The notes beneath the pieces were generated by a model. The model searched no databases. It saw nothing but the letters and a program-made list of their open reading frames with translations, and had not been told where the DNA came from. Made by a program: the position numbers and the translations under genes. DNA of 64,000 nucleotides from Balanoglossus misakiensis (taxonomy: Eukaryota > Animalia > Hemichordata). The stretch is taken from positions 5,268,849 to 5,332,848 of the forward strand of contig CM082583.2 of NCBI GenBank assembly GCA_040954595.2, read 5' to 3'. Positions 1-14,661 of the stretch are shown here, piece by piece (position 1 is the stretch's first letter; each line of letters begins with the position of its first letter).

Positions 1-3000
1 CTGCAGATCAATTGTCCACACTGTAAGACAGGGACACTTGAAAAAACGAATCCCTGAAGAGATTACAGAAGGGTAAAAAAAAGTAAAGCACAGGCGTTCA
101 TCGTTTGATCAGATAATCTCACAAGTGTATCAAAACCCCGAAAAAAAACCCAAAGCCCGTTTTCCACGACTCTTGCGCACGTGACCCTTATTGCGAGTGC
201 AAATCTCTCGTGTCAAAAGATTTGGTGGAGCGAGTAAGCCGGGCAACCAGCGGCAGCAGTGTAAGCTATGGGATAAGCCGGTATAATTGAGCTCTCTATA
301 TATTTCGTTGTGTTTCGGTTGATGGAAGTTTGGTGGGTTTTTGTCCTGTGGTACTATCATTGCTGAGTCCCGCAGATACAGAAAGTACTTGCATCAACTG
401 CCAGAACATGCTGGTTTTTCTCAAAGGACTAGTCAAAAATCCATCCACGACCAGACTTCGCATTTTTTTCGTAAGAATAAACTTGGTACATTTACTAATA
501 TTAAAATGAAGTACATGTTTGCAAAAATAACTACCGTGCTCCTGCAATAGCCATAAAGGAATAGTTATTTCTGCAGTATTCATGTTGGACACAATCATGA
601 AGATGACTGATACAGGTGGTTGTATAGATTACCAGGGTTGGAGTCTAAGAGGTTTGGGGGGAGGGTGCTTGACAGAAAGAATGTCCACTCGAGAAAGAAG
701 TAACTTCGCCGCCTGTCAATATTGATCCCGTGGCCAATAGTGGACCATCACCCGGCCATTGTAATCTGTGTTATGTGAACAGCGCTGCTGGTCTGAATGG
801 GGAACTGTTACACGCACCATTATCCGACAAAACACCGAGCCCCCATTGACAAGAAAACCCGCACCGGGCTCTGCAACTCCTCTCTGCACTCGGACAAAAA
901 TTAAGTCAACATTTGTTGAAACGGTTTGCTCCAACGAGGCGTGCCTCGCCGGACTTGTTTTTTGACCCGAGTGCCTCCCTGTGCATGCTCGTGACCGTGC
1001 CTCCTCGAGACGGCAGCTGCACTATCACACCGCTAGCAGAACCTTGCGTTCCACGCGTCTGAAATTCATTGTGTGTTTATAAACTTCTATCAAAATATGA
1101 CTTTTCAGTATTCGCCGTTGTCCACCAACTTTGTAAATAAAGTACACAAGTATATGCAAGGCCGACTTGCCAGTACACACCGCAAATGGCAGCGACCCCC
1201 CCCCCCCTCCCTCATCCCCCCAAAAAATTATGCATTTGCTCGAAGACAAATACGAGTGACAATGGGATGTTCATTTCAAACTCGTATTTGCTAATTAGCC
1301 ATACAGGTGAGAGATTGATGTATATCTGGCCATTTCCAGCACGGTAGCTGGCTAACACAGGGTGTATTTACTTTGCAAAATATCCCCGGGATATTTGAAT
1401 AGACATTGATCGATAGGGACTGTAACGCCAAACATTGATGTTGCCAGCTCTTGTGGGTCGCATCCAGCGAGAAAAGTTGACAAATCGGGCGTTTTCCCAT
1501 TTTTATCGGAGAAGGAAATGAGAAAATAAAAAATAGTGAGGAACTTGGAAATTTTTGAAATGTCGGGGCGTCTGGTAATTGGGACAGGAATGCAGTTAGG
1601 TAATGTATTGTTGGAATGTTGTGTACTCAATTACAGCGGTGCTTTGAGTAATTGCTTCAAAAAGTTTGCAAAAGTCATGTATCTGCAGCGATTGGCAAAC
1701 AGAGCCATCGCCAGATGGATTCCAATCGGAAAGATAAAAAGCACCGCCGCACCGCTGCCAGATCATCATGGGCACGCAGAGTCAAGTTTCAATGAATCTT
1801 CCCCACAAGTAAAGGGTACGGTGTGTGTGTGTGGAAGGGGGGTCTTGTACTTCGGGGACCGCGCGTGGGTACAGCGCTTCTTTCTCTGTAAGCCGCCCGC
1901 ACACTTAGACGGGCATAACCATGTTCCCTCGCAAGTTTTTGCAATAACCACAGAAATATAGTACCAGAATAAAATCGCTCGTCCGCGCTCTGTGTCTCTT
2001 CTCTGCAGACCAATTTCTTTTCTTCTCGTCAACGTCTAACGCAGTCTCGGCACGATTTCTTGCCACCTGACCAAACTATTCATCGTGCAGCTAAACGTAG
2101 TTGTCCACTGCCGCTGTGTGACAGGGGAAACCAAACAAGTCTCTTTGACCGAAGTTACCGCATGGATTCGCCGCGCAAGAGATGCCTTGATCCCTCACAA
2201 CAAAAAATCACGCATCTGTTGACATTACCTCTAAAACCATGATCAGCGTCTTCTGTGTGACGTGCGCTAACTTGCATTATCCCGACAACAACAATTATGT
2301 TAGATCTCTGGTCGCTTTGTTGAGAACTTCTGAAAAGATTTTTTTCTCGATAATAAAAACAGAGATTCCGCGAAATCGAATATGAACGGACCAACCAAGA
2401 TCATTTAATTTCCAACGAACAAACTCCAAGATCACGATCATAGCTGTTCAGTAACAAACCGGCGCTTCCAATTTCTCAAGATGGAGTCGTCGTTTGACAC
2501 GTTTGCCGAGGAATTCTTACCCGATTTCCGTCGCCTTTGGTTTTAAAACTGAAAGTTTTATAATGTTACAACTCATCGCGGCGGTAGGATCCGTTACTTC
2601 CTCCGTGAGCTTAGAAAACGATTCCCTTTAATTAAATTTCATTGTACTCGGTCGTTGACACTGCAAGCACAAGATCTTTGGACATCCGTTTCTTTGAGTA
2701 CGCGCGAAGGGGAAAATCAATGTAATTGAAATAGAGACAAAGGGGGCATATTTACTTGCCTCAAATCATATCGCTGTGAATTATGGCGTCATTTTCCCCA
2801 TTTCTTTCAAGGCAACTGGGTAGTCTTGACCGAAAACGTTATAAAAATCGATGTTCACCGTCCACTTTTGATACAAGACAATGACCAATCGACTTGAACT
2901 CGTAAACTTGGTCCACGAAAGCGATCGCCCCCACCCCAGCGCGTTCATGGCAGCATGTGACCACCGGCTCCGACCACACATACTCGCTACATACTAATAA

Positions 3001-4362
3001 AATTCTCAGCTTCTTTAGGATTTGCACTTCAAGAGGAGAAAACGTACTACAGTCTGGACATTAAATTCACCAATGCTGGAAATGTCACATCTTGGTCCCA
3101 GGAGAGTCGTGGCTTGGTAATAGGACCACTACATTTCATAAGTACATAATCAATGCAACTTTACAGAAAAAGCATTCAAGTTGAAATCAGATGAATTTTA
3201 AGAAAAATATTCATGGCGAAAAAAACACAAAGCACAAATGCTTTGACCGAGACTACAGAAAAGCTGGGAGGCGTGGAAAGTTTGTCAAAATTGGCCAAAG
3301 GTGGCCGTTGCGCGCTTCGTCCCAGTTGCGGTGGTGGAAATTTGCTGAATTGATTTATAATCATTTTAATTTTTGTACCGTGTATCTGCGAATGGTCATT
3401 TGCTCGGCTAACTAACACGGGGGTTATATCCTCAACAATTGTGGAAAAATAACAGCATGGCAATTAAAAATCTCCTCGAATTTGTCAAAGTAAACCTTAA
3501 AAGCATTCTGATATCATGAACAAACCGGAACGAACGGCATAAGAAATGTACTTATAGAATATTTACAACATAAATCGCAAACTTATGCCAGACTTTAAAC
3601 ATCATTTTAGCTTTAGAAAGTAGCGATTTCCCAATATTTTTTGTACTTCTCGACACACAATTATATTTTGTTCCAAGTCAAATCTACCGGTTCCCTGAAG
3701 CATGCAGCGGCCTTTTGTAGACTCGAGCAGGGAACTTTGGTCACGGTTTATACGACGGCCACAGTTACGTTCAACAGAATTAGATTTCCAGCAGTGGTGT
3801 GTTTGACAGGAGGCGATCATTCAAGTACATTTATCGAAGAAAAAAAATCACCAAACATAATATTCAGTCCAAATCTATAAATTTTAGAAACATAACTGAT
3901 ATTATATTTATTGTATTCATAAAACTGCCTGAGATCCTACAACCGATCTTTCTCTAAATAAAATTCTTGATATGGTAATAATATGCACTGGACATAAAGT
4001 GCCGAAAACAAGAGGTTTGGGAGTTGTTTCGATTTCGACGAGAAAATTATTCGCAAAATGTAAGTCATAAAAATGTATAAAACAAAATAAAAATAAAACA
4101 TCAGTCGTATGAAAAATCTACATATTAAAAGTCTTCTGGCTTTGAAAAAGTCATGTAACAAAACTTTTTGAAAACTTGATTGTCCTTCAAAGTGAATTCA
4201 ACCTCCTGAGATAGCTCAAAGCTGTCAAATAATTATAAGATACATGTATGTCATCTTTACAACACAAAAAATAAATGTTATACGTACTTGTCAAGTCTAA
4301 ACCATCTTTACACTGACCTCGTCTATATTACAAATGTGTTTGTATTCTATTTGCTGTACGTC

Positions 4363-4366
<4 letters not shown>

Positions 4367-4448
<82 letters not shown>
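4367..4448. repeat. (TC)n microsatellite, about 41 units
   Basis: Uninterrupted TC dinucleotide run; explains the SLSLSL/RERERE pseudo-ORFs in the track. Confidence 0.97.
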
Positions 4449-4453
<5 letters not shown>

Positions 4454-5523
4454 AAGGCGCACACACGCACTGGAGTCGGTGGGGAAAGTTTCAGTCAGAA
4501 TGTAAAGGAGACAAAATATGTTGTCGTCACTACATCTTAATATATATAACTTACACGAAATCGTATTAAAAGTAACAGGTATCAAAATATATCAAACACT
4601 GTTCATTTGGCATCTAGGCTACGATCAATAGTCCCTTCATAAAACCAACACATGGCCCGGCAACTTTGGTCCAATTCCACCTTCAAATCGACTCGTAGAG
4701 TTAATGTTTTTCTTAATCACTCAGGTGGGTGATTTTTTCAACACAAACAACATATCATGCACTTTCATCTTTTCGGAATAGGATGACTGGTTATTATTGA
4801 AACTCTTTTGTCATTGTCTCGATCAAGATGCAGTATACGAATAGACACTATCGAGAATTTGACATTTTTTGAAGCGCTAAACTCTCACCGGTACGGGAAA
4901 TATAGCATGCCTCCCTGCTTCTACCTTGCGGTCTTCTTCGAGCGAAAGTAATTTGAAAGCGCTGGAAAGGGCCATCTATGTTTTTGTTTGCCGCCGAAAT
5001 AACAAAATTTGTCACACACCAGCTGTGGTGCTCGGGGTGCCAGACAAAAACGCGGAAGGTGTTGACACAGAAAGTGTTTGTGCAATTGTGGCGAAACAGA
5101 TAAAACGTGTGAATGCGCGAAATTGCAGGTAGTTAAGATTAACATACGCTTTCTTGTAGTTTAAATAAACGACTGAGATCAGACACGACACGTCTCTTTG
5201 AATTATGATTCTAATTTCACCAAGGCGAGGTTCTCTTGAGTCGGTGGTACCTCCATAAGTTACCTAAAACACTTCGCTAGAAACAGAAAATCGTCTTTAT
5301 ATCGCATGGACAATTCACATGAGTAAATTCAGGCACCAAGTGAAACAAACGTAAAATAATGGCACGTATTAAAGTTTGTAAATTTCAATATATCAATGTA
5401 CTTTACCCACGAAGTCGTTGTTCCTGCGCAAATTTATTTGGAGTATATCGTTACTGACGAACTCCTGCGTATAAAAAATCAAGGTGGCTTCCGTTCTGAC
5501 TTGAAAAGTTAATATATTTTTTT

Positions 5524-6543
5524 TCAAACTTGCAAACTTGGGTGGGAAAGTCTGTTGCTCATCTGATGATACTGGCTTCCGGACATGGACGTGTAGGGCT
5601 GCTGTAAAGCCGAGGGGTAACTCGAAAGTGGCGTCGGTGGCGGGGTCTGCATACTCTGCACCTGTCCCATGAGGTAGGACCCCGAGTTCATTTGCGACGA
5701 GTGGTAGAGCTGGCTCGGCGTGAAGCACGAGCCGTTGTACGTGGACACGGACGAGTTCCAGGCGGCGGCGTCCACGTGGTTGTCGATGGGCGACCGCTGT
5801 GCGGCGTGCGGCGGCAGCGTCTGCGGGTAGTGCTGCAGGGAGGGCACCGCCGCGTTCAGGCTCGGGTACTTGCAGGCCGGGTTGATGCCCGTGCCGAACA
5901 GGCTGAAGTGTCCGAACGAGTTGACGTGCTGGATCTGGGCCGCCTCGTACTTCCTCTTGCTGAGCTTGAAGCGCTTCGCCCGCCGGAGGAAGCTGCCGTT
6001 CGCGAACATGTCTCCGGCGGCGGGATGCAGCGCCCAGTAATTGCCCTTTCCTGGTCGCCCGGGAGCGCGCGGGATTTTCACGAAGCAGTCGTTCAGCGAC
6101 AGATTGTGTCGGATGGAGTTTTGCCACCGCTGCTGGTTCTCCCTGAAATAAGGAAACTTGTTCATTATGAATTGGTACACTTCGTTCAGCGTTAGCATAC
6201 CGTCCTTGGAGCTCTCCAAAGCCATGGTGATCAGGGCAATGTAGGAGTACGGCGGCTTGACGTCGGCGAATCGCCTCTTCTCCTTCGTCAGTCCCGATGA
6301 CGACCGGCTGACGTCGTGGTCATCGTCGCTGTCCTCGGAGACCGATTTCTCCGTGTTCGAGTTCAAGTCGGGAAGCGACGGCGGGCAAAGGTCTGGTTCT
6401 GGTTGTTGGCTGTGGTGTTGGTGGGTTTTCATGCACTGACTGGAATCGATTCTCTCGTTCATCACAAGCGACGGGTGCATGCGGCTGTTGGGGTGGTGAT
6501 GATGATGATGATGTCCAAGCGGTTCGCCTAAAGACGCCTCCAT
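5524..6543 (-). CDS. FoxAB: Forkhead box transcription factor, FoxAB class (intronless)
   Basis: Complete forkhead domain [99 protein letters not shown]. The [17 protein letters not shown]...[11 protein letters not shown] tail matches FoxAB as I recall it. First ATG at 6543 (MEASLGEP; the track's 6624 start is non-ATG), poly-His near the N-terminus, stop at 5524. Fox family certain, subclass less so. Confidence 0.85.
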   Translation of the reverse strand: MEASLGEPLGHHHHHHHPNSRMHPSLVMNERIDSSQCMKTHQHHSQQPEPDLCPPSLPDLNSNTEKSVSEDSDDDHDVSRSSSGLTKEKRRFADVKPPYSYIALITMALESSKDGMLTLNEVYQFIMNKFPYFRENQQRWQNSIRHNLSLNDCFVKIPRAPGRPGKGNYWALHPAAGDMFANGSFLRRAKRFKLSKRKYEAAQIQHVNSFGHFSLFGTGINPACKYPSLNAAVPSLQHYPQTLPPHAAQRSPIDNHVDAAAWNSSVSTYNGSCFTPSQLYHSSQMNSGSYLMGQVQSMQTPPPTPLSSYPSALQQPYTSMSGSQYHQMSNRLSHPSLQV

Positions 6544-9500
6544 GGTCGTTTTCGTCCGATTTCCAAGAAAGTGAAAGTAAGAGATCGCCGGATGCAAAGT
6601 TAAGAGGCCGGCAAGAAAGTTCACAGGTCGACAACCGATCAGGCCTTAACCTCTTCCCGTTGGCTGTCACCAAATGGCCGCCGTCTCGGACCAGTCGGAG
6701 AAAATGGGTAACGTCTAATAAGATTTGCGCACAAGTGCTGACTGACTAAGCTTCCTCTTGTCACCAGTTTTCGATTTGAAAAAAAAATCACGTGAATATG
6801 CATGAGTCCGGTGAATGGTGGAGTTTGCACAGAGGTGGAGAGATAAAACAAGCGCAGCGATGCGGCCGACAGGTTGTTTGATGATCGCCACCCACTGAGC
6901 TCCTATTGTCATTCACAATGAGCGACTAAGTGATGGAGCTACCGGTGGGAGGCGTAGATCGGAGTTTCTCGGGCCATTAGCGCTAATAACATGTTTCTAT
7001 GCATAGCAAACCGGTTGGCATTCTTCTCGCGGCCACACCTCACCAATTACCCTGCAATTTACCGATATTGTCGTGTTGGGGGGACGCAATGAACTCATCA
7101 CTGACACCACCGCCATTTAGCGTCGACAGGCCAGCTTCCATGCATACAGACGGGGAATCAAAAGACAGGCACACCGCATTCCGCCAGTGATCGTGACAAC
7201 GGTGGACTTCACGGACAAAGCTGGCAAACCCCGCGACATGTACAGACCGATCCCCAATAAACATGTAAATGTAACGTAAGATTCTCCCGTTTGACAAATG
7301 TATGTTCAGCTTGTGGATTATTTATTTTGTAAGCGATCTATGAACTGACCGTCTGTCGACACAAGAGAACCCTGGATGAGCGAAGCGTGTCATATCTTTC
7401 TTACTACTGCAAACTAAAAAAAAATACCGCAAGAAGTAAATAACAGAAAGTGCACGACGTACATGTACTGTATGAAAGTGGGATGCCGAATATTGAGGAA
7501 CGTTCCCGTGAGGTTTTGACATCAAAACACAGGTTCAAATTGACAACGTAACGGACAATTCTGAAAACCGACGCCGTGTTAGTGAGGGCCCTCAATTTAC
7601 AAAAAAACGTAATACAAAGTTGTGATGTACAACACCTTTTAAAAAGAAGCGTATGAAAACACAATTATTCAGAAGACAATTCCGGGGTTTCAATAGATCT
7701 GCACCCCGATCGAAATCTCGCCAACTGTTTGTGTCAACAAATTAGCCAGGTCTGTAATATTGTTTTAATGAACACTCAGCGAACAGAAAAGGATACAGTG
7801 CTTTACTGTGGCCGATGTGAAGTGGGTATTCTTTAAACACTAACTTTTGTTTGTGCAGCAAAAGGCGCACTGTTAATTTTGGTGAATTCCCCCCGACAAG
7901 TGTTGTTGAGTAGAGAAAGTAAATTGAGTCGAGTTCCTCGTGAACAAAGTGTCGGGGATTAGCTTCTATGTGAGACATTACGGGCAATGAATAAAACATT
8001 AGTTTCTCATTGTTGCCCTAATGCTTTACGTGTTAAGCGTTAAAGAGATTGCCCCATTATTAATAAGTAATTTGATTTGTTCATCGCGCCTTGTCCTTTT
8101 CTTCTTCTCCGTCTTCGGTTTCATCTGGCAGTGGTGCGGGATGGAGAGGATTGCGGGGAAGGGCCGCGAGTTGCCCGTCAGGGGTGCGAGGAATCCCCGA
8201 CGCGTGTTTTGTGTACGTTTCAACACCAAGCTCCAGCAGCATTTGCACAATATTTACTCTCGCAGAAACGGCCCGGAGAGAGTGCCGCAAAGCCCTCGCA
8301 GGAGAGACAATGAGCGGCGGCAAAGTTCAAACGCCGTCAAAATACTTGACTAACAACAGGACACCCGGCGGCCGACTGCTGGCTAAAAGAACGGTGGAAA
8401 ATGCCAGCAATTTCCACCAATAGTGACAAGTCCCATAATGGCCTGTTGTCTTCAATACAAACTCATATAATTAGCGTCACAGTGGGCAACTGAGCCGTGC
8501 CAATTTTTCCTCCCACTAACAAGTTAAAACAATATTGTCTAATGATGAGCGAGTGATATGTACACAGGCTACCGACTTTTATGGTCATTCGGACTGCGGC
8601 TTTACCAATGTTTGACATACAATAGAAACATGGTGCTTTATCCATCTGTATATGGGAAGTTGCCTTAACTCCTTCGCAACAGGACACTGCAGCAGCGCTG
8701 CGAAATAAGACAAACGCGGGAACCACCTGTTGATTTCAATTCTGAGACTTTGGATTTTTTTCAACAGCCCACTTGATCCACGCGACTGCGCATGATCTCA
8801 AAGCACTCAAGTGATATATTGTATCACTTCGCCCCCATAGACAGGAGGAGCTCACTTTAACTGTCTATGATTGCTCAGACGCCGTGACCAACACCGTTGT
8901 CTTCAGACGACGGGCATCAAGTGTCTTTCTTGCTGGTATTCAAGAGAAGTCTTCAAGATAAAACAAAACGCTCGAACAAGTAACTGACATACTGTACTTT
9001 AGACTATTGACATACAAGAACAGATCCTTAAAATCGAAATCCTATACGGAAACACACGGGCATTTATATGATGCTTGGATTAACATACGTGTTTTCGAAA
9101 TGTTTGAGTGTTTCTTTGGGCGATGGATATACTCTTTTCACTTTCTCTATGTTCATCTTTGCCTCTATTTTATTCAACATGTCCCTGTTTGTCTGGCTGT
9201 CTGGCTTTGTCTGTCTCAGTGCCCATGTGTCTCACTCCTGTGTCTCCCACCCACCCACCCGTACCTGTCTCCCAGAAGAAGGGAGAAGAGAAAACAAGTG
9301 TACATGTGATCTTATGGTTTGAAATTGGGTCAAATTCTATCAGAGGCTCCAATGAGCATGAAAGGAGAAGACATATACATGTAAAGGAAAATAGTTAACA
9401 GGAGACAGAAAGTATTTATATTGTTTGTTGACACTTATCACTTGATTTTTAAGTGTTTTATGTGTAGTGTTGTCATTTAGTTACCGTATCAGTTTTAACA

Positions 9501-12500
9501 GAAGCCAAGCTGGTGTGAAATGCAGCCTCTCAGTTTTGTCCGAAACAACGATTTTTCATTCCTGACAAACGTGGTGAAGCAACTGACAATAATGCAATGA
9601 GTCTAACCTCCACTGGCGACACTAAAACAGTTGAAATGTGAAGTTGTGCATTGACTTGAATTTGTGATTTAAAAGGAGCAAAAATAGGACGAGCTGTATG
9701 GAGTTGTGATTGGCGCTTCACACGGAAAGGGAGATTGTTTGAAGAGCAAGGGATACTAGCTGACCGTGATGAGTGACACACGCAGACCCTTTCCTTCCTG
9801 TCAAAATGCTTGTGACCGTGCCTACACTAAATGTTATCGAAGCAGGTGGAAGGACAAGAAAGGGGAATGCTTGACACTTGCGGTAATACATGACGCATGT
9901 CGGATTTGACAACTCCGACCAAGTCTCACTTGACTACAAGGTCCCGAACATTGCATTATTCCACTCCACGAAGGCAACTGGCCTCTTACCTGTTTGTGGG
10001 CGTGCATCTTTTCGGACTCTCGTTATAAGTTTTTCGTGAGATTGCTCGCTGCCAGTTTAATCATTGCATGACCATTTTCAATGTGCCAATATCACGTGTT
10101 GTAAATTATGATTCAAAATGTGGATTTCGAACATTCAATTCAATTCTTGTTTTAACATTTTTTTCACTTCGGTTGACGTTTCTCTTCGTTACGTTACAAC
10201 AATAAACACGAGAGGACTGGTTGCCATGCCCGCTTCCAAAAGTAAATAAAAAATCAAGACTTTCTTTAAAATGAGGGGTGTTAGGTAAATGGGGGTGTGA
10301 ATTCAGATGTAAAGGCGCGGTGACGTAACGCCGAGCGCCAGAAGGTAGCTTTTTACTGGTTTACCTGCTCTCTTTAAGTCAGCCCCCTGCGGCTAAGCAT
10401 CCGGTTTCTACCGTTAAGTCATTTTCGCACCTGCACATTCTATCGCCTTATGTTTGTCACTCTCATATGAAAACAGCTTTCGGAGGGACATTTTCCATGT
10501 CTTGTTGGGTGGCAAAATAAAGAGCGTTTCTCGCGGTTAAAACATCGAGGCCTCCGGGTCACCAACAAGCCATCAGTGTCAACAGCCCGTTGACACAAAA
10601 CTAGCCCCGTCGCGGAAAAAAAAACAGTAAAAAAGTGCCGTTGGTTCCATCCAACGCCTTTCTTGTAAATTCTTTTTTCTGTTTGTGAGTCAACACGTAA
10701 GACAGGCACTCGCCCGGTTTGATGGGTGTTTTGTTTGTCTACTCACGCTGTGGTGTGTATGAAACTGTCAAAGAAGAATCGAGTTGTCATTTTTTCCACA
10801 ACAACATTAAGCTCTACATCTAATCCTCTTTAAGTTTACCTGTTTTTCTGTGTTGCTATATTGTCAAAAGTTCGCTGTATATTGCGATTTTTTTTATTAA
10901 ACATAAACATGTTTGTTGTAGCTGCGCGCGGCTTATACCGTGAGGGTTTCCTCGAATTATTTGATTACATATTTTGGGAATGTCAAGAATCTGACATGCG
11001 CTTTATCTGTCATTTTTGATGGCGAAAATGGCTTTCCTGAATGCAAATCCTGCTTCTCCATTGGAGAGTAAACGTTCAGTTTGACATCGCTTAACAGTTG
11101 GCTCCCACAAGCTAAAATTATTTCCTCGAGAATAAACGCTCTTTCTTAATTGCATCTCTCAAGCTTTAAATATTTCCTCGTGGGCGGATGGGACCAGTCA
11201 ATATACTACTGCGCCAAAATTTCACTATTCCAACCGTGCTCTCTGATACAACACAGATCATGATATCCCAATTTAAAATATTACCTTCACTGCTTGATGC
11301 AGTTTATTTGCCAGATAATATTGTTTGTTTACCACGGCAGGTTTTAAAAAAAAAAAAAAAAACAGTTCGTCCAACAGCTAGAGTTGACCACCGTGCGATT
11401 TAGGATGACTCCTGCGCGCGCCAGTAACTGCTAGCGCCCTCAACGTCAAATACTGTATCTGGTTGACGCTCCGGAAATATCGCCAGTTAACGTTGTGAGC
11501 AGAAGACAGTTCGGCCATAAGAGGGCGCTGGTGACCTGAAAGTTGGTTGTCATGCCACCGACAAAAGAACATAGAGGGAAGCAATTCTTTTCTATTCCAT
11601 TCAAATTCAAAATTGTTGCCCATGCACCGAGAAATTAAAACAAAGACACATGACGTATTCGGACACAATATCCTTTATATCTATCACAGAAGTACCCTTA
11701 CAACGCATATATTCACACAAAGATTTCGAGCCACACTGCCATGAGTCACCAGTGTTCCAAAAAATTGTATGTACTGCTGAAGGGAAGTCGTGCACTAATG
11801 GTGACTCTATAAAACTCAAATTCCATCTGGGTGCAGCATGCAAATAAGATATTTAGCAGATGATGTCCTCCTATGGCAAATTACACACCAGTGCCTACTT
11901 GAGGTACGTACAGCGAGCAAAGTACGTCCAGTGGCCATACATATTTCACAGGACTTGGCGCTCTAAGCAGCAGGTACCGTACGCATGTGGTAGGGTTTTA
12001 AATTGTCCAGTCACTTCAGGAGTACATCGTGGGTAATGTCACACAGAGCACAGCCAAGACTCTTAGAGTGTTTTGTTCTTTCCACATCAGTTCTCAATCA
12101 ACTGCGTCACTTCCTGAGTAAAAAACAACCCAGAAATTACAAGGAAACCAATCTAAAGAAAATTGTATTTCCAGTTTTTTTCCTATTAGCTGTCTGCCTG
12201 CAGGATTTTCAGTCAGGAAAGCCACATCCGCATATAAAACGACAATGTAAGGGAGTAAAGGCTTTTTCATCGATTCTGATGGGGTGAATCTTGTGGAATT
12301 TAAGCAGAATTTTGCATATTTTAGGAGAAAGTGCGACAACGTTCACACTTTATATTTTTAAAAGCAAAGTAAACGTCATCTTTGTTTCGCAATACACAGA
12401 AAAATATGATGTAGGGTGGGGGGCCAGGGGGGGGGGGGTGATTGCACACTTACTTGTAATGTTTTGTGATCACAGGTCTCTGTCAGCTGATCAAACTCCT

Positions 12501-13700
12501 GCACCTTTGTAATAATCTCATCGAAGCTGTAGAACGAGGAGACAAAGAAATGAAAATCAAGCTGGAGAGCATTACTCCAATATTGAAGGAAAATAATTGT
12601 GCTAGTAACTGTTGTGATGCCCACAAACAATATTTGAAACATGGTAGACAGGCAATCTGTGGTTCATACTTATTTGAAATTTGTGAGTACACTTAGGAAA
12701 TCGGTCAATAAATCTCACCATTCTAATCTTTTCTTGTGCTGCGTGATCTCCTGTTGTGTGTCGCTCAATTCCTGGAAAAGTGAAACAGATTTGACTGAGG
12801 TGGGGATATCAGAGTGCCCCAATTTGACATTTCAACACAGTACAATACTTTATGGGAAATTTGTACGTATTACCATGGTGGTTGCACCATACAATGTTTT
12901 ATTCTGGAGTCTCATTTTCCTACCTCTTGTAAATCATCTTCAATGTCTTCAAGATGGTGTATGGCATCATCTACTGATTTCAAATAACTGCTTTGCAAGG
13001 ACAGTTCCAGTGCCTATATAGCAAAATACCAGCAGAAAAAAATCAGGAATGTGCTAATACTTGTAGCAGGGAATCTTGATTTTCACAAGTTTATCAGGTT
13101 AAAATAAAATAAAAACATTTGCCTTACTGATTCATATCTGACACACTGTACCACAGACACTATGGTTACAGATCATGTCGCCATGATGATTACATGGTCA
13201 GTGACAGTGGCCGTTTTGCTACAATTACTGACACAACCATCCATTAACTTGCCAAATCTATCACAAACCCAAAGGTATTATTAATACAGATGTAACAAAT
13301 GATCTTATGTAAAGACAAGAACACAACAGTGGACTTGATCGATAGTCGCTCTGTGATTTCAACCACCAATCAACAGTTGATGGGTTATTGCCATTAGATT
13401 AACAAACAAAACATGATAACTTATTGGCCATTTATAACCATGGGAGAATGACACCCTTTTGAATGTTACTGATTGAGTGTTACCATGGGAATAACAAATG
13501 CACGATCCACATTAATACTTATATATGGTGAGAGGTTTTTTTCTTTTTCACCACTAATCAAGTGCTCAGTCCAGTTAAAATGGAGCCAAAGTACTCGGGG
13601 ACCGTGTCAGTCCGGTTAGATTTGTGGCGTTTGGGAGTACAGTAAACACTGAATATTTTAGAATGCTGCTGATTTACGGGAAAGAGTACAACCGTTTGGG

Positions 13701-13772
13701 TAGCTCTGGACTTATGCGCTGTTTGGGTCTACGCTGCTCTCCGTCCCCACACAGCGCATAAGTCCAGAGCTA
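13701..13772. mobile_element. 72-bp Academ-type mini element (MITE)
   Basis: Perfect 22-bp TIRs TAGCTCTGGACTTATGCGCTGT / ACAGCGCATAAGTCCAGAGCTA; 9-bp TSD CCGTTTGGG at 13692-13700 and 13773-13781; terminal TAGCTCTG identical to the large element. Confidence 0.9.
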
Positions 13773-13933
13773 CCGTTTGGGAAAACAGGTTCTTGAAGAT
13801 GGAGTCAGATGACACTTTATTGTACACCTGCAATGAAGATTTGTCGTTCAAATTCGCTGTCACAATGGTGTCTGGCTCCAAACCTGTATCGTATATAGAG
13901 GGACTGTGCTCAGATCGAGTTCACGGGGCCCAC

Positions 13934-14268
13934 TAGCTCTGCGTGGCAGGGCTGTGTTGTTACGGCGAGCCCTCCACCCACAGCCCTGCAAAGCTCCATA
14001 GACAAAACTGGCGAAACTCCGCGGATTTGTATCGGAAGGGTTTCCTTACCAAAAACTGCCGAATTCGAACTCAAAACGTGCGTCGATCTTCGTCACTGGC
14101 CTCGAGTACTCCAGTCGCTAGCAATTTGAGCTAAAATATACCTGATTGCTTGCGTTAAGGCCCGTTTTCGATGTTTATGCGAGAAGATCCCTAAGAACGC
14201 CGCCATGTTGAATCTCGTTGCCCGACGAGTTTACCCAGGAGCCTTTGCGCGAAAGTTTGCCGAAAACT
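13934..14268 (+). repeat. Left terminal inverted repeat (335 bp)
   Basis: TAGCTCTGCGTGGCAGG...GAAAGTTTGCCGAAAACT is the reverse complement of 24872-25206; the identical 63-aa pseudo-ORF appears in both copies. Confidence 0.97.
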
Positions 14269-14661
14269 TGCCTCAAAACAAAAGAACATCACACAAACAC
14301 ACAGAACTACATGAAAATGCATGAAAATAAACTTATTGCGGAACTATTCCGCCATAAACCGATGATCATTTCCCATTTATTTCCAAGTTTCTTTTGCCGA
14401 TACATAGAAGGGTACTAATAACTTTGGTACATGTAAAATAATTAGGTTAGAAGCAGTCTTATTAGAAACAATGCAAGTTCAATTAAATGTTTGTTCAAAA
14501 GATGAGTTTGCTAAATCAAAACAGGAAAGGTCAACCATGTTTATATTTACACTTTATTTTTACACAATGGAACTGCATGTTGATTGCTCATTTACATACA
14601 AAGATTTCAAAGAGGAAGTGGCTATTTTTCCCTAGTCAGTAGGACTGCATTCACGTCACTC

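Noticed and set aside
4288-4585. ORFs with SLSLSL / RERERE repeats
   Set aside because: Translations of the (TC)n microsatellite.
5393-6673. Long alternative-frame and antisense ORFs overlapping FoxAB (244, 167, 117 aa)
   Set aside because: Shadow ORFs from GC-rich codon usage; no recognisable domains.
6903-6920. Paired ATTGT/ACAAT Sox-like sites upstream of FoxAB
   Set aside because: Short motifs expected by chance; no conservation data to support function.
13943-14134. Identical 63-aa ORF at both ends of the transposon (also 25006-25197)
   Set aside because: Consequence of the TIR; non-ATG start and no protein features. The same applies to the paired ORFs at 37521-37712 and 37845-38069.
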